A DNA stretch of 64,000 nt from an uncultured Bacteroidota bacterium. Its GTDB lineage: Bacteria; Bacteroidota; Bacteroidia; Chitinophagales; Saprospiraceae. The translations under genes and the position numbers were made by a program. The notes beneath the pieces were generated by a model, which searched no databases, was not told the origin of the DNA, and saw only the letters and a program-made list of their open reading frames with translations. The stretch's first letter is position 1; each line of letters starts with the position of its first letter. Positions 42,718 through 53,281 of this stretch are shown in pieces. The stretch spans positions 39,062-103,061 of the forward strand of contig CAVVDK010000001.1 in the NCBI GenBank assembly GCA_963746925.1, read 5' to 3'.

Positions 42718-42759
42718 TAATTGGAGAGAATTGTTTCAACTTTTTAGGGGGCTAGAGGG

Positions 42760-42821
42760 CCCAATCTCCCCAATCTCCCCAATCTCCCCAATCTCCCCAA
42801 TCTCCCCAATCTCCCCAATCT
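42760..42821. repeat. Tandem array (CCCCAATCT)x6.9, directly abutting the IS3 right end.
   Basis: Seen directly. The G-rich strand reads GGGGAGATT repeated, matching the G4N5 pattern. Confidence 0.8.
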
Positions 42822-42909
42822 CAGCCACGCTTTTTACGGCACCCGGCCAACGTCATCTTCCGAAGATACGTACTTTCATCAGTCGATTGTCTTAACTCCG
42901 ACAGATACT

Positions 42910-45900
42910 ATGCGACATCGTTATGCTTCCACCTGGGGTCGTTTTACCCCCCTGATATGGGTTTGTTTTTTGCTGAATTCTTCACGCATTCTCGGGCAGT
43001 GTTATCCGCCATCCGAACTGCCGACGCAATATTGTTATCCGGCTCCACTGGTTTGTCTTCAGAATGCATGCTACTCGATTGTACCATGGGGCCCGGATTT
43101 TTTTGCCGAACCTGAAGACTGGTGTATGACCACCAATCCATCGCACAATCCCCAGTATTATCTCTTCCAGGCGACGGCACAACTAGTCCAGATCCATATT
43201 CTTGTGACCAACTGTCACGGTCAGGGATTATGTGGACTACAGGCGGTGATCATTGATCAATGTGCCGTTGGGTTTAATCCCTGGACGGCCAGTAATATTG
43301 TCGCCTGTGATGCCCAGGCGTGTGTTGGCGAGGAATTGATCCTTGCACCGGGGACGATGATTCCCGGCAATTACTATTGGTTGATGATTGACAGTGACGG
43401 TGATTTTTCATGCGCATATAACATTGATTATGTAGAAGGCGTATATATGCCGGATATCACAGAAGAGATTGCGCATGCCGGAACGTTGGATTCCGTCGTA
43501 TGTCCGGGACAGGACCAATGGAGGGGATTTGTTGATCCCCCATTGACGCAGGTGCAGGGGTATCTTTGGGACCGGCTTTCCCTGGGCGCCCGGTTATCAT
43601 GTCACAAGATATCCAGATATGCATGCGTTGGGAGAACCCTTGACAATCCCTGACGATGCACCTCCCGGGGACTATCAGATTTGCGTGTACGGTTTCACAG
43701 GCTGTGATACTACGGATGTCCCCTGCGTGCTTCACGCTGCACATCATCGATCTCAACGGAACATCAGAGACTGAAACACGGTGCCCGGAAGAGTTCTTTC
43801 AGGGCATCCACTGGGAAGGACTGACCATTCATTCTCCCGGCGTCTACACGCAGTCGTATATGTCCAGCGAAGGGTGCCCTTATGACAGTACCAAGGAATA
43901 CCTGGAGTACCCGGAACCCGTTGAAGGATTTATCGATACGGTGATTTGCGGAGATTACCTGACCTATGAAGGGGACGACTACTTCAACCCGGGCACGTAT
44001 ACCTTATACTATGAGGGTGGATCGAGCTATGGTTGCGATAGCTTCGCCACGCTAGCCCTTGATCTCACCTATATCGAAGCCGAAACAGACTTCCATTGTG
44101 ACAGTGGCTCCTTTGTCCTGACGTCCAATATTGTGATCGCGCTGCCAAGCCTGAACGGCCTCATTTACAAATGGTATCGCAATGGGACGCTGGTGTCGAC
44201 AGACCCTTCATTCACCACGCTGCAAGATGGGACTTACACTCTATTTGTCTCATATTACCAGTGCACATTCCCTGCTCTGACAAACCCGATTGTGATCCAC
44301 CGGGAGGATCTCGTACCACCGAAACCAGATTTTGATCAATATTCTGACATCGCCTGTGCCAATCACGATGTGCTCTATAGCGTCGTTGCAGATACGACCG
44401 GAGAGATCAAGTATTATCAGTGGTCAATCGACCCGCAGGAAGTGCAATTTACATCCCTCGATTCCCTCAATAGCAGCATCCAGGTCAACTGGCAGGGCGT
44501 GGACAGCGGTACCGTGTGTGTACACGCCGTAAATGAATGTGGCGATGGTCATGATACCTGTTTCACGGTGACAGTAATTCCTGCGTCTTCGGCAGCATTT
44601 ACGATGCCCACGCAGGCATGTGCCGATTCTGCCGTCACAATCCAGTTTACCGGTACCGGGTAGTCCCAATGCAAACTATCTCTGGAATTTTGGCGGAGGA
44701 ACAATACAAAATGGAGCGACTGGCGCCGGACCATATGTCGTATCATGGAATTCTCCAGGATCACATACCGTATCCCTGCAGATCGCGGAGACCGCATGCG
44801 ATACGAGCAGCATCACCCATAATATTGTGATCGAAAATCTCGGGCAGCCTGTCGTCAGTTGTAATTCTACCACCAGCTCAGTCACGTTTGAATGGTCCCC
44901 CGTTTCCGGAGCGGTCAGCTACCAGGTACAAGTGTTACAGGGGCCCCCGGGAACAATTGTTGACGATACGTCTTATGTGGTCACCGGTCTGGCGGCAGGA
45001 ACTGTTGTAGAGATCGAAGTGACTGCAACAGGTATCGGCGCATGTCCATCGACGTCGACAACGGCGCAGTGTATTGCACAGAGTTGTCCACCAAAAATGA
45101 TCCAGATCCAGATTGCGGCAGACACCTTTTGCCTTGGTGAGGTGTCCGGCGTCATCCCGCTCAGCGCATTGGTTGATGGCAGCGCCGCAACAGGGACATG
45201 GAGCGGACCGGGAGTGGATCCTGCAGGCACTTTTGATCCACACGACCCCCTGGCAGGTCCGGGCGTACACACGATCGTGTTTGTATACGCTGAAGGGACA
45301 TGTGTCTACCAACGCTCGCGTGATATCACCGTGATCGATTCCCCGACAGCAACATTTACGGCAGACGCCGCAATTTGCCAGGCTTCCCAGGCATCAGTGG
45401 TCTATACAGGTAATGCCTCGGTGAATGCCAGCTATATGTGGGACTTCGGCTCCGGAACAGCAAGCGGCAGCGGACCTGGTCCATATACGGTCACATGGAA
45501 TACCGCCGGGACACACGATATCTCCCGATCGTCGAAGAGGACGGCTGTTTTTCTGAGACAGTGACGCATACAGTGGACGTTCAGCCTGCGTTGACCGCCC
45601 CGGTCATGTCTTGTTTTCCGACGACCAGCAGCGTCACCATTCAATGGAGTACAGTACCAAACGCCACGGCATACAACGTGATGTTGCTCTACGGACCGGC
45701 AGGAACAGTCAACGGTAACCAGTATGTCGTAACGGGACTGTCGCCGGGAGATTCCGTATCAATTCAGCTTACCGTCTCCGGCAATACGATTTGTCCTCCT
45801 GTCGTCATTGAGGCATCCTGTGTCGCACAGGATTGTCCGACGCCAGTGATTGACATTGATCCTGTAGATGACATTTGCCTGTATCCGGGTACCGGGACTG

Positions 45901-47609
45901 TGGACCTACATGTCAGCGTTACTAACGGCAGTGGAAGCGGTGTATGGAGTGGTACTGGTGTCACTGATGCCGTACAGGGCACCTTCGACCCGAACCTTGC
46001 CGGACCGGGTGCACATCACATTGCATACCAGTACACGGACAGCGGATGTAGTTTTATTGATTCAATCACGATCAACGTGTTTGATCCCCCCACTGCCGTA
46101 ATTTCCAATGTCACTTTTACGCTGACTTGCGAGAATAATAGTGAGCTTGTGTTGGACGGTACAAACTCTACCGGACAGGGTCAGCTCACGTACGCCTGGT
46201 CCACTCCCGACGGATTGATCATCGGCCCCGCTAACCAGGCAACGGCAACCGCCGGCGCCAAAGGCGAATATTTCCTCACCGTCACTGATCCGGTGAGCTT
46301 GTGCAAAGATGAGACCGGCGTGACACTAGTTGAAGACACAGGGATGCCTGTTGCCGATGCAGGTCCGGACGGCCTGATCAATTGTGATACAGCACTTGCG
46401 GTACTCGGTGGCAGTTCTTCGTCGGGTCCGGATATCACGTATGTCTGGGGCTCCCCTGATGGAGGCACAATTGACTCTGACCCCACCGCAGCAAGCATCA
46501 CGGTATCGGCCGGAGGAACATATATCCTTACCGTGACAGACAACAATAATGGATGTACTGCCGTGGACCAGGCATCTGTCGTCATGGACGTTGCGCGGCC
46601 CACAGCGATGCTCAGCGTATCTGGGATCCTCGACTGTGATACCAAAAATGTCACCATCACTTCTGATGTCAATCCATCCGGCATCAATTATACGTATGCA
46701 TGGCAGACATTTGACGGTCGTATCGTATCAGGGGATGGAACACCTTCTGTCGTTGCGGACCGCGTGGGCTTGTACACATTGTATGTGACACGGGGTGACA
46801 ACGGATGTATGGATACTGTGAGCATTGAGGTCATGTCGGATCCGGCAGCGATCTCGGGTATCAACGCCCTGGTAGACAATCCCAACTGCGTCGGAGACAA
46901 CGACGGCATGATCCAGATCAACGCATTGATCGGCGGCACCCCGCCATATACCTATGCCTGGAGCAACCATAATTCCGGCCCGGGATTGCTTTTCCTCTCG
47001 CCGGGAACATATTCGGTCACAGTCACTGATGCGAATGGATGTTCTTTCGAAGAGTCTTACACCCTGCCTGCTCCGATTCCGGAAAACCCTGAGATCGGAG
47101 CTGATCTCACTGTTGACTATGGAGAAGCTGTCACGATCACATTGTCAGTCACAGATCCCGGTGCCATTGCCGAGATCACCTGGGGAGGTGTAGCCCCCTC
47201 CTGCCCGGCGTGTTTTGAAAATACCTTCACCGCTGAGATTTCCGGCAGTGTCTCTGTGACGGTGATCGACACCAATGGATGTACGTCGACTGCCGTCTTG
47301 CACCTCAAAGTAGATATCTCACGCAACGTATATATCCCTAATGTCTTTTCACCGAACGGCGATGGCATCAATGACATCTTCCGGATCCAGGGGAAAATTC
47401 TCGACAGGATAGACTATCTGAGGATCTTTGACCGGTGGGGAGACCTGGTCTATGAACAATTGCCTGCCCTGGCGGGAGATGTAAAAGGATGGGATGGCAC
47501 CTATAAAGGCAAGCCGCTCGACCCGGGGGTATTTGTCTACACTGCCAAACTCATTTACGCAGATGGCCTTGAAAGGGTTGTCAGCGGAAGTGTGACGTTA
47601 GTGCGATGA
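42910..47609 (+). pseudogene. Giant SprB-like cell-surface adhesin gene with a C-terminal gliding-motility/CHU_C domain (T9SS type B sorting signal), split into at least four frames (42910-43653, 43656-44663, 44620-45564, 45438-47609).
   Basis: Signal peptide at 42910. Many repeats of 'GTYT+TVTDANGC'-type motifs. C-terminal 'VYIPNVFSPNGDGINDIFRIQG...WGDLVYE...GWDG...GVFVY' type B domain. Frame junctions at ~43600-43700, ~44630 (GGGTAGTCC) and ~45530 (ATCTCCCGATC). Confidence 0.55.
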
Positions 47610-47612
47610 TGT

Positions 47613-47758
47613 GCAGGGAGCAGGGAGCAAAGGGCAGAGAGCAGAGTGCAGAGTGCAGAGTGCATAGTGCATAGTGCAGAGAGCATAGAGCAGAGAGCAG
47701 AGGGCAGGGAGCATAGTGCAGAGAGCATAGTGCAGAGAGCATAGTGCAGAGAGCATAG
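47613..47758. repeat. Heptanucleotide microsatellite GCA(G/T)AG(A/T/G) x ~21, ending in three perfect 14-mers AGTGCAGAGAGCAT.
   Basis: Seen directly in the convergent intergenic region between the adhesin and the substrate-binding protein genes. Confidence 0.8.
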
Positions 47759-47786
47759 AACTTTCGCCAAGCCCATCATAAGCTAT

Positions 47787-48938
47787 TCAGGGATCGGGTA
47801 CTTTTTCGGGCACAAACTCAGTCACGAACCTCGGTGTGCCGTGTATCATCTCAAGGATTGTTACAGATTTTCTTGGAATGCGCTGATCCTGGGCATAGCT
47901 GATACTGCCCGTCACTCCGGGATAGTTCTGGATTCCCGCCAACGCCTGGCGCACACCGTCGGGGGTGGGATTTGATGCTTGTTGCAATGCTTCTATTAAA
48001 AGCCCTGCCGCGTCATACCCTAACGCCGCAAAAGCATCCGGCTCCTCCTGGTATTTATTGAAATACGCATCCCGGAATGCCTGTACCTCCGGCCTGGGAC
48101 TCCCGGCGCCGAGATAGACATGTGTGGTGTAATAGATATTTGTCAGATCGGCCTCACTCTGCCACCTGTCAGGTTCGTCGTATGCGTCGCCCCCGACAAT
48201 GGGTACGTTGAAGCCTGCTTGTTGAATCTTCCGCACGCCATCAGGCGCGTCATCCGGTAGCGCTGCATAGTAAATGAAATCTGCCGGCTGGATGTCCGGG
48301 ATCGCAGCGGCCACATTGCCATGCGCATATGGCAGCGTAGTCAATACCTGGCCTCCCAACTCTGTGAAGCGCTCACTGAAGTATCCGTGGAGCAGCCGCG
48401 TATATGTATCCGTCGAGTCGAACAGCACAGAGACCGTACGGGCGTTCATTTCATTATAGGCCCATTCCGCCGCCGCAGCAGCCTGGACATTATCGCCGAA
48501 GCACGCGAGGAACAAATAATCCGGGATCTGGCTGGGCAGTTTGGGAGAGGTGGCTCCTGAGGTCATAAACACGTGGTGATTGTCAGCAGCAACTTTCGCA
48601 GCAGCAAGGACCTGGTCGGTATCTGAAAGTCCAAGAAAGGCAAGCGTCGAAGGATTCTCGACAAGCACCGCTCCGGTCCGGTGTATCAGGGTGAGCGTAT
48701 CCGTTTCCCCATCCACGAGGATCAACTGCACGGTTTTACCGTTGACGCCACCCATCGCATTGATCTCGCTGATCTGGAGCTGTGCACCTCTGGAAGACGG
48801 GATATCCAGACCAGACTGGCTCCCTGTCAGGTTGTAGATCGCACCAAGGAATAAGGTGTTCTTTGGCGCACCATCGTCGCTAATGTTACAGCCATAACTG
48901 AGCAACAACAGGATGAAGCAGTATCGGACATATTTCAT
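47787..48938 (-). CDS. Periplasmic-binding-protein type I (Leu/Ile/Val-binding-protein-like) ABC substrate-binding lipoprotein, orphan.
   Basis: 383 aa. Lipobox 'LSYGC'; Peripla_BP_6-like layout. No permease or ATPase genes adjacent. Confidence 0.6.
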   Translation of the reverse strand: MKYVRYCFILLLLSYGCNISDDGAPKNTLFLGAIYNLTGSQSGLDIPSSRGAQLQISEINAMGGVNGKTVQLILVDGETDTLTLIHRTGAVLVENPSTLAFLGLSDTDQVLAAAKVAADNHHVFMTSGATSPKLPSQIPDYLFLACFGDNVQAAAAAEWAYNEMNARTVSVLFDSTDTYTRLLHGYFSERFTELGGQVLTTLPYAHGNVAAAIPDIQPADFIYYAALPDDAPDGVRKIQQAGFNVPIVGGDAYDEPDRWQSEADLTNIYYTTHVYLGAGSPRPEVQAFRDAYFNKYQEEPDAFAALGYDAAGLLIEALQQASNPTPDGVRQALAGIQNYPGVTGSISYAQDQRIPRKSVTILEMIHGTPRFVTEFVPEKVPDP

Positions 48939-49244
48939 GGCGCACTCGTTTTTTGGTTGCGTGGCGAAGAATATGCTTCAAAGATACTGTGGCATACAAA
49001 TCCTCGGATCAGGAATACATCTTGGCCATTAGCAATTGGCTGATAACTGTGCACTTGGAACTGTGGACTTAACACTTACATGATTCGGATTGATTTCATC
49101 GACCCGGCATGGGGGGAACATTGCATCAATTTTGACAGCCTCACTTCGTTCGCTTTTTTGTCCTGAATATATCCTGAGCCAGCTCCGATCTCTCTAGGAC
49201 AAAAAAGCCCCGGCACAAATGTGCCGAGGCTGTCAAAATTGTTG

Positions 49245-49314
49245 AGGTCGCGAGCGGATTCGAACCGCTGTACGAGGTTTTGCAGACCTCTGCCTAGCCA
49301 CTCGGCCACCGACC
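49245..49314 (-). tRNA. tRNA-Cys (anticodon GCA), CCA not encoded. The acceptor stem has two mispairs (G6:G67, U7:C66) at the end that overlaps the tandem repeat.
   Basis: Manual fold. D-arm GCC/GGC; anticodon stem GAGGT/ACCTC with loop CTGCAAA; T-arm AGCGG-TTCGAAT-CCGCT; discriminator U. Confidence 0.65.
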
Positions 49315-49724
49315 ATGTTTTAGTAGGCGAAGGAGAAGGCTAAGGCGGAGGACATCCATGCCTCTTTCTCTTTTCGCTACTTTCTTTTCATTTCAATCCA
49401 AACCTTCTGACTCCCACTCGCCTGCCCGAACCAACCTCTGTTGGGGCGGGGCCAACCGACCATGTTTTAGTAGGCGATGGAGAAGGCTAAGGCGGAGGAC
49501 ATCCATGCCTCTTTCTCTTTTCGCTACTCTCTTTTCATTTCAATCCAAACCTTCTGACTCCCACTCGCCTGCCCGAACCAACCTCTGTTGGGGCGGGGCC
49601 AACTGACCATGTTTTAGTAGGCGAAGGAGAAGGCTAAGGCGGAGGACATCCATGCCTCTTTCTCTTTTCGCTACTCTCTTTTCATTTCAATCCAGACCCT
49701 CTGACTCCCACTCGCCTGCCCGAA
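49311..49724. repeat. 147-bp tandem direct repeat, 2.8 copies (starts at 49311, 49458, 49605), immediately 5' of the tRNA-Cys and overlapping its first 4 nt.
   Basis: Period measured from recurring GACCATGTTTTAGTAGGCGA. Each unit ends with CATGGTCGGT(T/G)GGCC, the 5' acceptor half of the tRNA. Confidence 0.85.
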
Positions 49725-49924
49725 ATTGGTCTTTACTCATTCGGGCTTAAATGAAGAATTGAGAATCAAGAATTTGGAATTCTCAGGGGCGCCAAAGATA
49801 AGTCATTTTGCCTGCCCGCAAAGCCGGTAAATTCCTGATTCCAAACTGCTGACTGCCATAAGTCAAGACTTGATTCTCTTTGCGAGTTCCAATCAAGAAT
49901 CAAGAATTTCGCATTGAGAATTCC

Positions 49925-50160
49925 CTATCCCATCCGGATATAGTCCTTGATGGACTGGATGAAATCGGGGGTGACACCGGGGCGGTGCACGTGATTCTTC
50001 AGGTGTTCACGCATATTTTTCTCCGGGTGAACACCTGCTGATACTTCGGATCCTGCTGGACGCGGTCCAGAAGGGATTTCTGGTCTTCAAGGCTTAATGC
50101 GTGGTCAAAAAACATATCCACCTGACGGCGGATCTCCTGAAGGTGATCTTCGTTTTTCAT
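49925..50160 (-). pseudogene. Small anti-sigma-like protein gene downstream of the ECF sigma factor, with one frameshift.
   Basis: 'MKNEDHLQEIRRQVDMFFDHALSLEDQKSLLDRVQQDPKYQQVF' continues in another frame as '...MREHLKNHVHRPGVTPDFIQSIKDYIRMG*'. Confidence 0.3.
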
Positions 50161-50226
50161 TCCTGATGCTTTTTGGCACAAAAACAATGAACTGAAGGCT
50201 GTCAAATATAGAAAATTTTTATCCCC

Positions 50227-50912
50227 TCACTCCTCTTCTCCGGATTCCGTCTTGCCGTGTTCCACCCGGTACCCCCGGATGTCCTTATAGCCCAAATTGC
50301 CTGCGTATTTCTTCAATTTCTCCTTCAGCATATTCCGTGCCCTGAACAATCTTGAACGCACTGTGCCGATTGGCACGTCAATGATCTTCGCGATCTCCTC
50401 GATAGGTAAACCCCTCAATATCACACAACAGAATCACCGTCCGGAAGTCCAATGGCAGGGCGTTGATGGCTATCGTCACCTCGTCTCCCAACATCCCCTG
50501 GAAGATGTCCTCCCGCAAATCCATGTACCGGTGATCTTGTCATCGTCGCTGTCATGGTAAGCCGTAATCTCCTCATAATCTGTCGTGGAGGGCGCCTGGA
50601 TTTCTTCCGGTATTCGTTGATATATACATTATTCAGGATTTTAAACAACCATGCTTTGGGGGTTCGTTCCCTCCTGGTATCTAGATCAGATAAACCGGTA
50701 TGTTTGAAATACGTCTCCTGGACGAGGTCGTTGGCATCTTCGTCACTGAGTGTCAGGTGGTAGGCAAAGGTCTTCAGGGCCTCGGCATGGGGAAGCAATA
50801 TTTCTTCAAAAACCTTGTCATAGGTGTCTGTTCCCTGTCTCTCGCCATGCGCACAAGTCAGCTGAATAATCAAAGGTAGCGGATTCAGGATACTATTCCC
50901 GGGGACCTGCAA
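50227..50912 (-). pseudogene. ECF-type RNA polymerase sigma-70 factor interrupted by three frameshifts.
   Basis: Region 2 'DANDLVQETYFK...PKAWLFKILNNVYINEYRKK' is in one frame. The linker 'DYEEITAYHDSDDD' is in a second. 'YMDLREDIFQGMLGDEVTIAINALPLDFRTVILLCDIEGFTY' is in a third. Region 4 'EEIAKIIDVPIGTVRSRLFRARNMLKEKL' is in the first-mentioned frame again. A GGGG run sits at the last junction (50411-50414). Confidence 0.55.
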
Positions 50913-50919
50913 CCCCCGT

Positions 50920-52380
50920 GTAAAGGCTCTTGCCTCTTCGATCAGGGGATGTAATACCTGATCGTAATCGATGGGGCCAAACCTGCCTCTGGCCTCCTCC
51001 CGGATCTGTTCCAGAATACGGCCTGTTTTTGCAGGCTTTCGGAATTCGAGGGCCCTTACTGAGTCATAAGTTCAATTGCCAGGATCGTGTGCACGTTGTC
51101 ACACAGTTCATAGAGCTTGCTCGCAGCATTTGCCGACATACTCGACATGATCTTCCTGCCCTTTGCTCGTCGGAATGGAATCGACGGAGGCAGGGGTACA
51201 TAGTAATTTATTGCGATTGACAATGGATGCTGCAGTATACTGGGCAATCATCAATCCTGACTGGACTCCTGCTTCCAATGTGAGATAATCCGGCAATCCA
51301 CGGCTGCCGCTAAGCAGTTGATACGTCCGGCGTTCGGAGATACTTCCGAGTTTCAGAAAGTGCCAGTGCGAGATAGTCCATCGACAAGGCCAGGGGCTGC
51401 CCGTGGAAATTACCGCCGGACAGGATCTCTCCTGTGTCCGGAGATACCAGGGGATTATCGGTTACCGCGTTAATCTCTGTTTCGACGATCTGTTCGCAAT
51501 GCGTGATAACGTCCCTGGATGCTCCATGCACCTGAGGCACGCAGCGAAATGCATAAGGATCCTGAAGCTGCTTGTCTCCCTGCGTCGCAATTTCGCTGCC
51601 CTCCAGCAACTGACAGATGACGGCGGCAATATGCGCCTGCCCCGGATGTGCCCGAGGTGTTGAATCCGGGGATCAATGGGCTCAGATTCCCATTATATCC
51701 ATCCAGGGAAAGGGCAGCACAGATATTCGCAAGGTCCATGAGTTCATAAGCCCTGTTCACGGCCCAGGCGGCATACGCACAGGAAAACTGTGTCCCGTTG
51801 ACCAGGGCCAGGCCTTCCTTCGATTTGAGCCCGATTGGTGCAATTCCGTGCTGTTGAAGAAACGTTGCGGCTGGCAGCACAGCACCGTCGGCAGGCATCG
51901 CGTCACCTTCACCGGTGAGCATCAGGGCGAGATGCGCGAGGGGTGCAAGATCTCCCGAGGCACCCAAGGAGCCAAACTGATACATCACGGGAGCTATCCC
52001 CGCATTAAAGACATCAACCAGTTTTGCACCAGCTCGACACGTACGCCGGAGTTCCCGGGACAGAAATTCAGGATCTTCAGCAGGACCACCAGCCGGGCAA
52101 TCGGATATGGCACGACAGGTCCGGTGCCGGCGGCATGAGACCGGATCAAATTCACCTGTAAGCGGTCTGTGGCTTCTTCCGAAATCCTGACATTGTAGAG
52201 GGAGCCAAATCCGGTATTGACGCCATATACCGGCTTGTGATCTCCTGCCGAAGCCTTTACCAGCGCGTCCCTGCCCGATGCGATCGCGCGCTTGCAGGAA
52301 GCTGAAAGTTGCACCGCCGGACTGTCAGAAGGGTAAACAGATCTTTCAGGCGCAGATGCTCACCTGTGATTTCAGAATGT
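50920..52380 (-). pseudogene. hutH: Histidine ammonia-lyase gene fragmented into at least five reading-frame pieces.
   Basis: Fragments carry 'VYGVNTGFG', the MIO motif 'GSLGASGDLAPLAHLAL', 'DPYAFRCVPQVHGA', '[11 protein letters not shown]' and '[11 protein letters not shown]...LAIEL', each in a different frame. Confidence 0.55.
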
Positions 52381-52695
52381 GTGTGCATACGTGTTCAAAC
52401 CGTCAAAGTTACATTGCTTCATGGATCGAAATTCCAATACCCTGGATGTCTAACGTCTGTTCTGTTAAGAGCGTTAAGCTTCCGGTTAAAGATGCGTTAA
52501 TTCCAGTAGTATATGTAAAATAATTATCATGTATAACTATTTATTATTTCATATAATAATAACTCAATTTGAGTTTTCACGCAGGCAATTCCACCAGAAA
52601 CAAAGCGACATCTTCAACCGTCATTGCTATCGAAGACAGGTAATAATGGTGGTAATTTTGCCATTTCAAAATCGCAAAGTGATAAATACGATAAA

Positions 52696-53235
52696 GATGA
52701 AGTACCGCAAACATGTTTTTCTTGCCGCCCTGTTTGGGATATTGTCATTGGGCACCATCTCAGCCCGGCGTAAGAGGATTTCTGTCGGTTGGATATCCAG
52801 AGGATTTAGAGCCTGAAATGAATACCAGGACGCCCAGAAACGCAGCTTTAGCAGATTGCAGCTCAATGGCGTCAGGATATTGCCCAGGAGATGACAAGAT
52901 CAAAACTATGTACAATAAGTACAAGGCGGAAGAAGTGTCTCGCTGAGTGATGATGTGCCGGAAAAAACGCGAAGATGAAAGATCATGCAGGCAGGACAAG
53001 TCCGGCAAATGCAAAAAGACCGCTTCGGCCCTGAAGGCGGCCTGTTAAAAAACGTCAGGATCTGTCCGCCCCATTCAGCGACCGGGTCTACGAAGCGATT
53101 GAATCCTACGCCGAAGACGGGATAATTTCATTTTTCGCTGACAAAGCAGGGGCCGGAGGTCTACATCGATCAAATGCACAATATGACAAAACCGATGACA
53201 TCTATCAAGAAGCTGAACAGCAATTGATCTTCTCC
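52696..53235 (+). pseudogene. OmpH/Skp-family periplasmic chaperone gene, copy 1, with several frameshifts.
   Basis: Signal peptide 'MKYRKHVFLAALFGILSLGTISA'. Recognisable pieces: 'FAAQWQQDIAQE', 'DKIKTMYNKYKAEEVS', 'FGPEGGL.KKRQDL', 'IQDRVYEAIESYAED', each in a shifted frame. Confidence 0.4.
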
Positions 53236-53281
53236 GGAATTGTATCTTTGCACACCTTTTTTATAACGAAGTTAATACAAG

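Larger units (their letters stand above)
41371..42763 (-). mobile_element. IS3-family insertion sequence (~1.39 kb) with imperfect ~35-40-bp terminal inverted repeats (TGGACTGACCCCCCATTTCTGAAACGATTCTCCC vs TGGGCCCTCTAGCCCCCTAAAAAGTTGAAACAATTCTCTCC).
   Basis: orfA/orfB organisation with an A8C slippery site. Terminal inverted repeats found by eye. Removing 41371-42763 restores a seamless CCCCAATCT array. A candidate 3-4-bp target duplication (CCA/CCCA) is ambiguous because of the repeat. Confidence 0.75.

Noticed and set aside
40795-42822. Possible CRISPR array (short direct repeats)
   Set aside because: The 9-bp units are directly tandem with no spacers, there are no cas genes, and the unit is far shorter than CRISPR repeats.
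47555-47779. 74-aa minus ORF (SALCSLPSALCSM...)
   Set aside because: It is a translation of the heptanucleotide microsatellite.
49358-49606. 82-aa ORF inside the 147-bp tandem repeat
   Set aside because: The ORF is internally repetitive only because it reads through the repeat copies; it has no start context.
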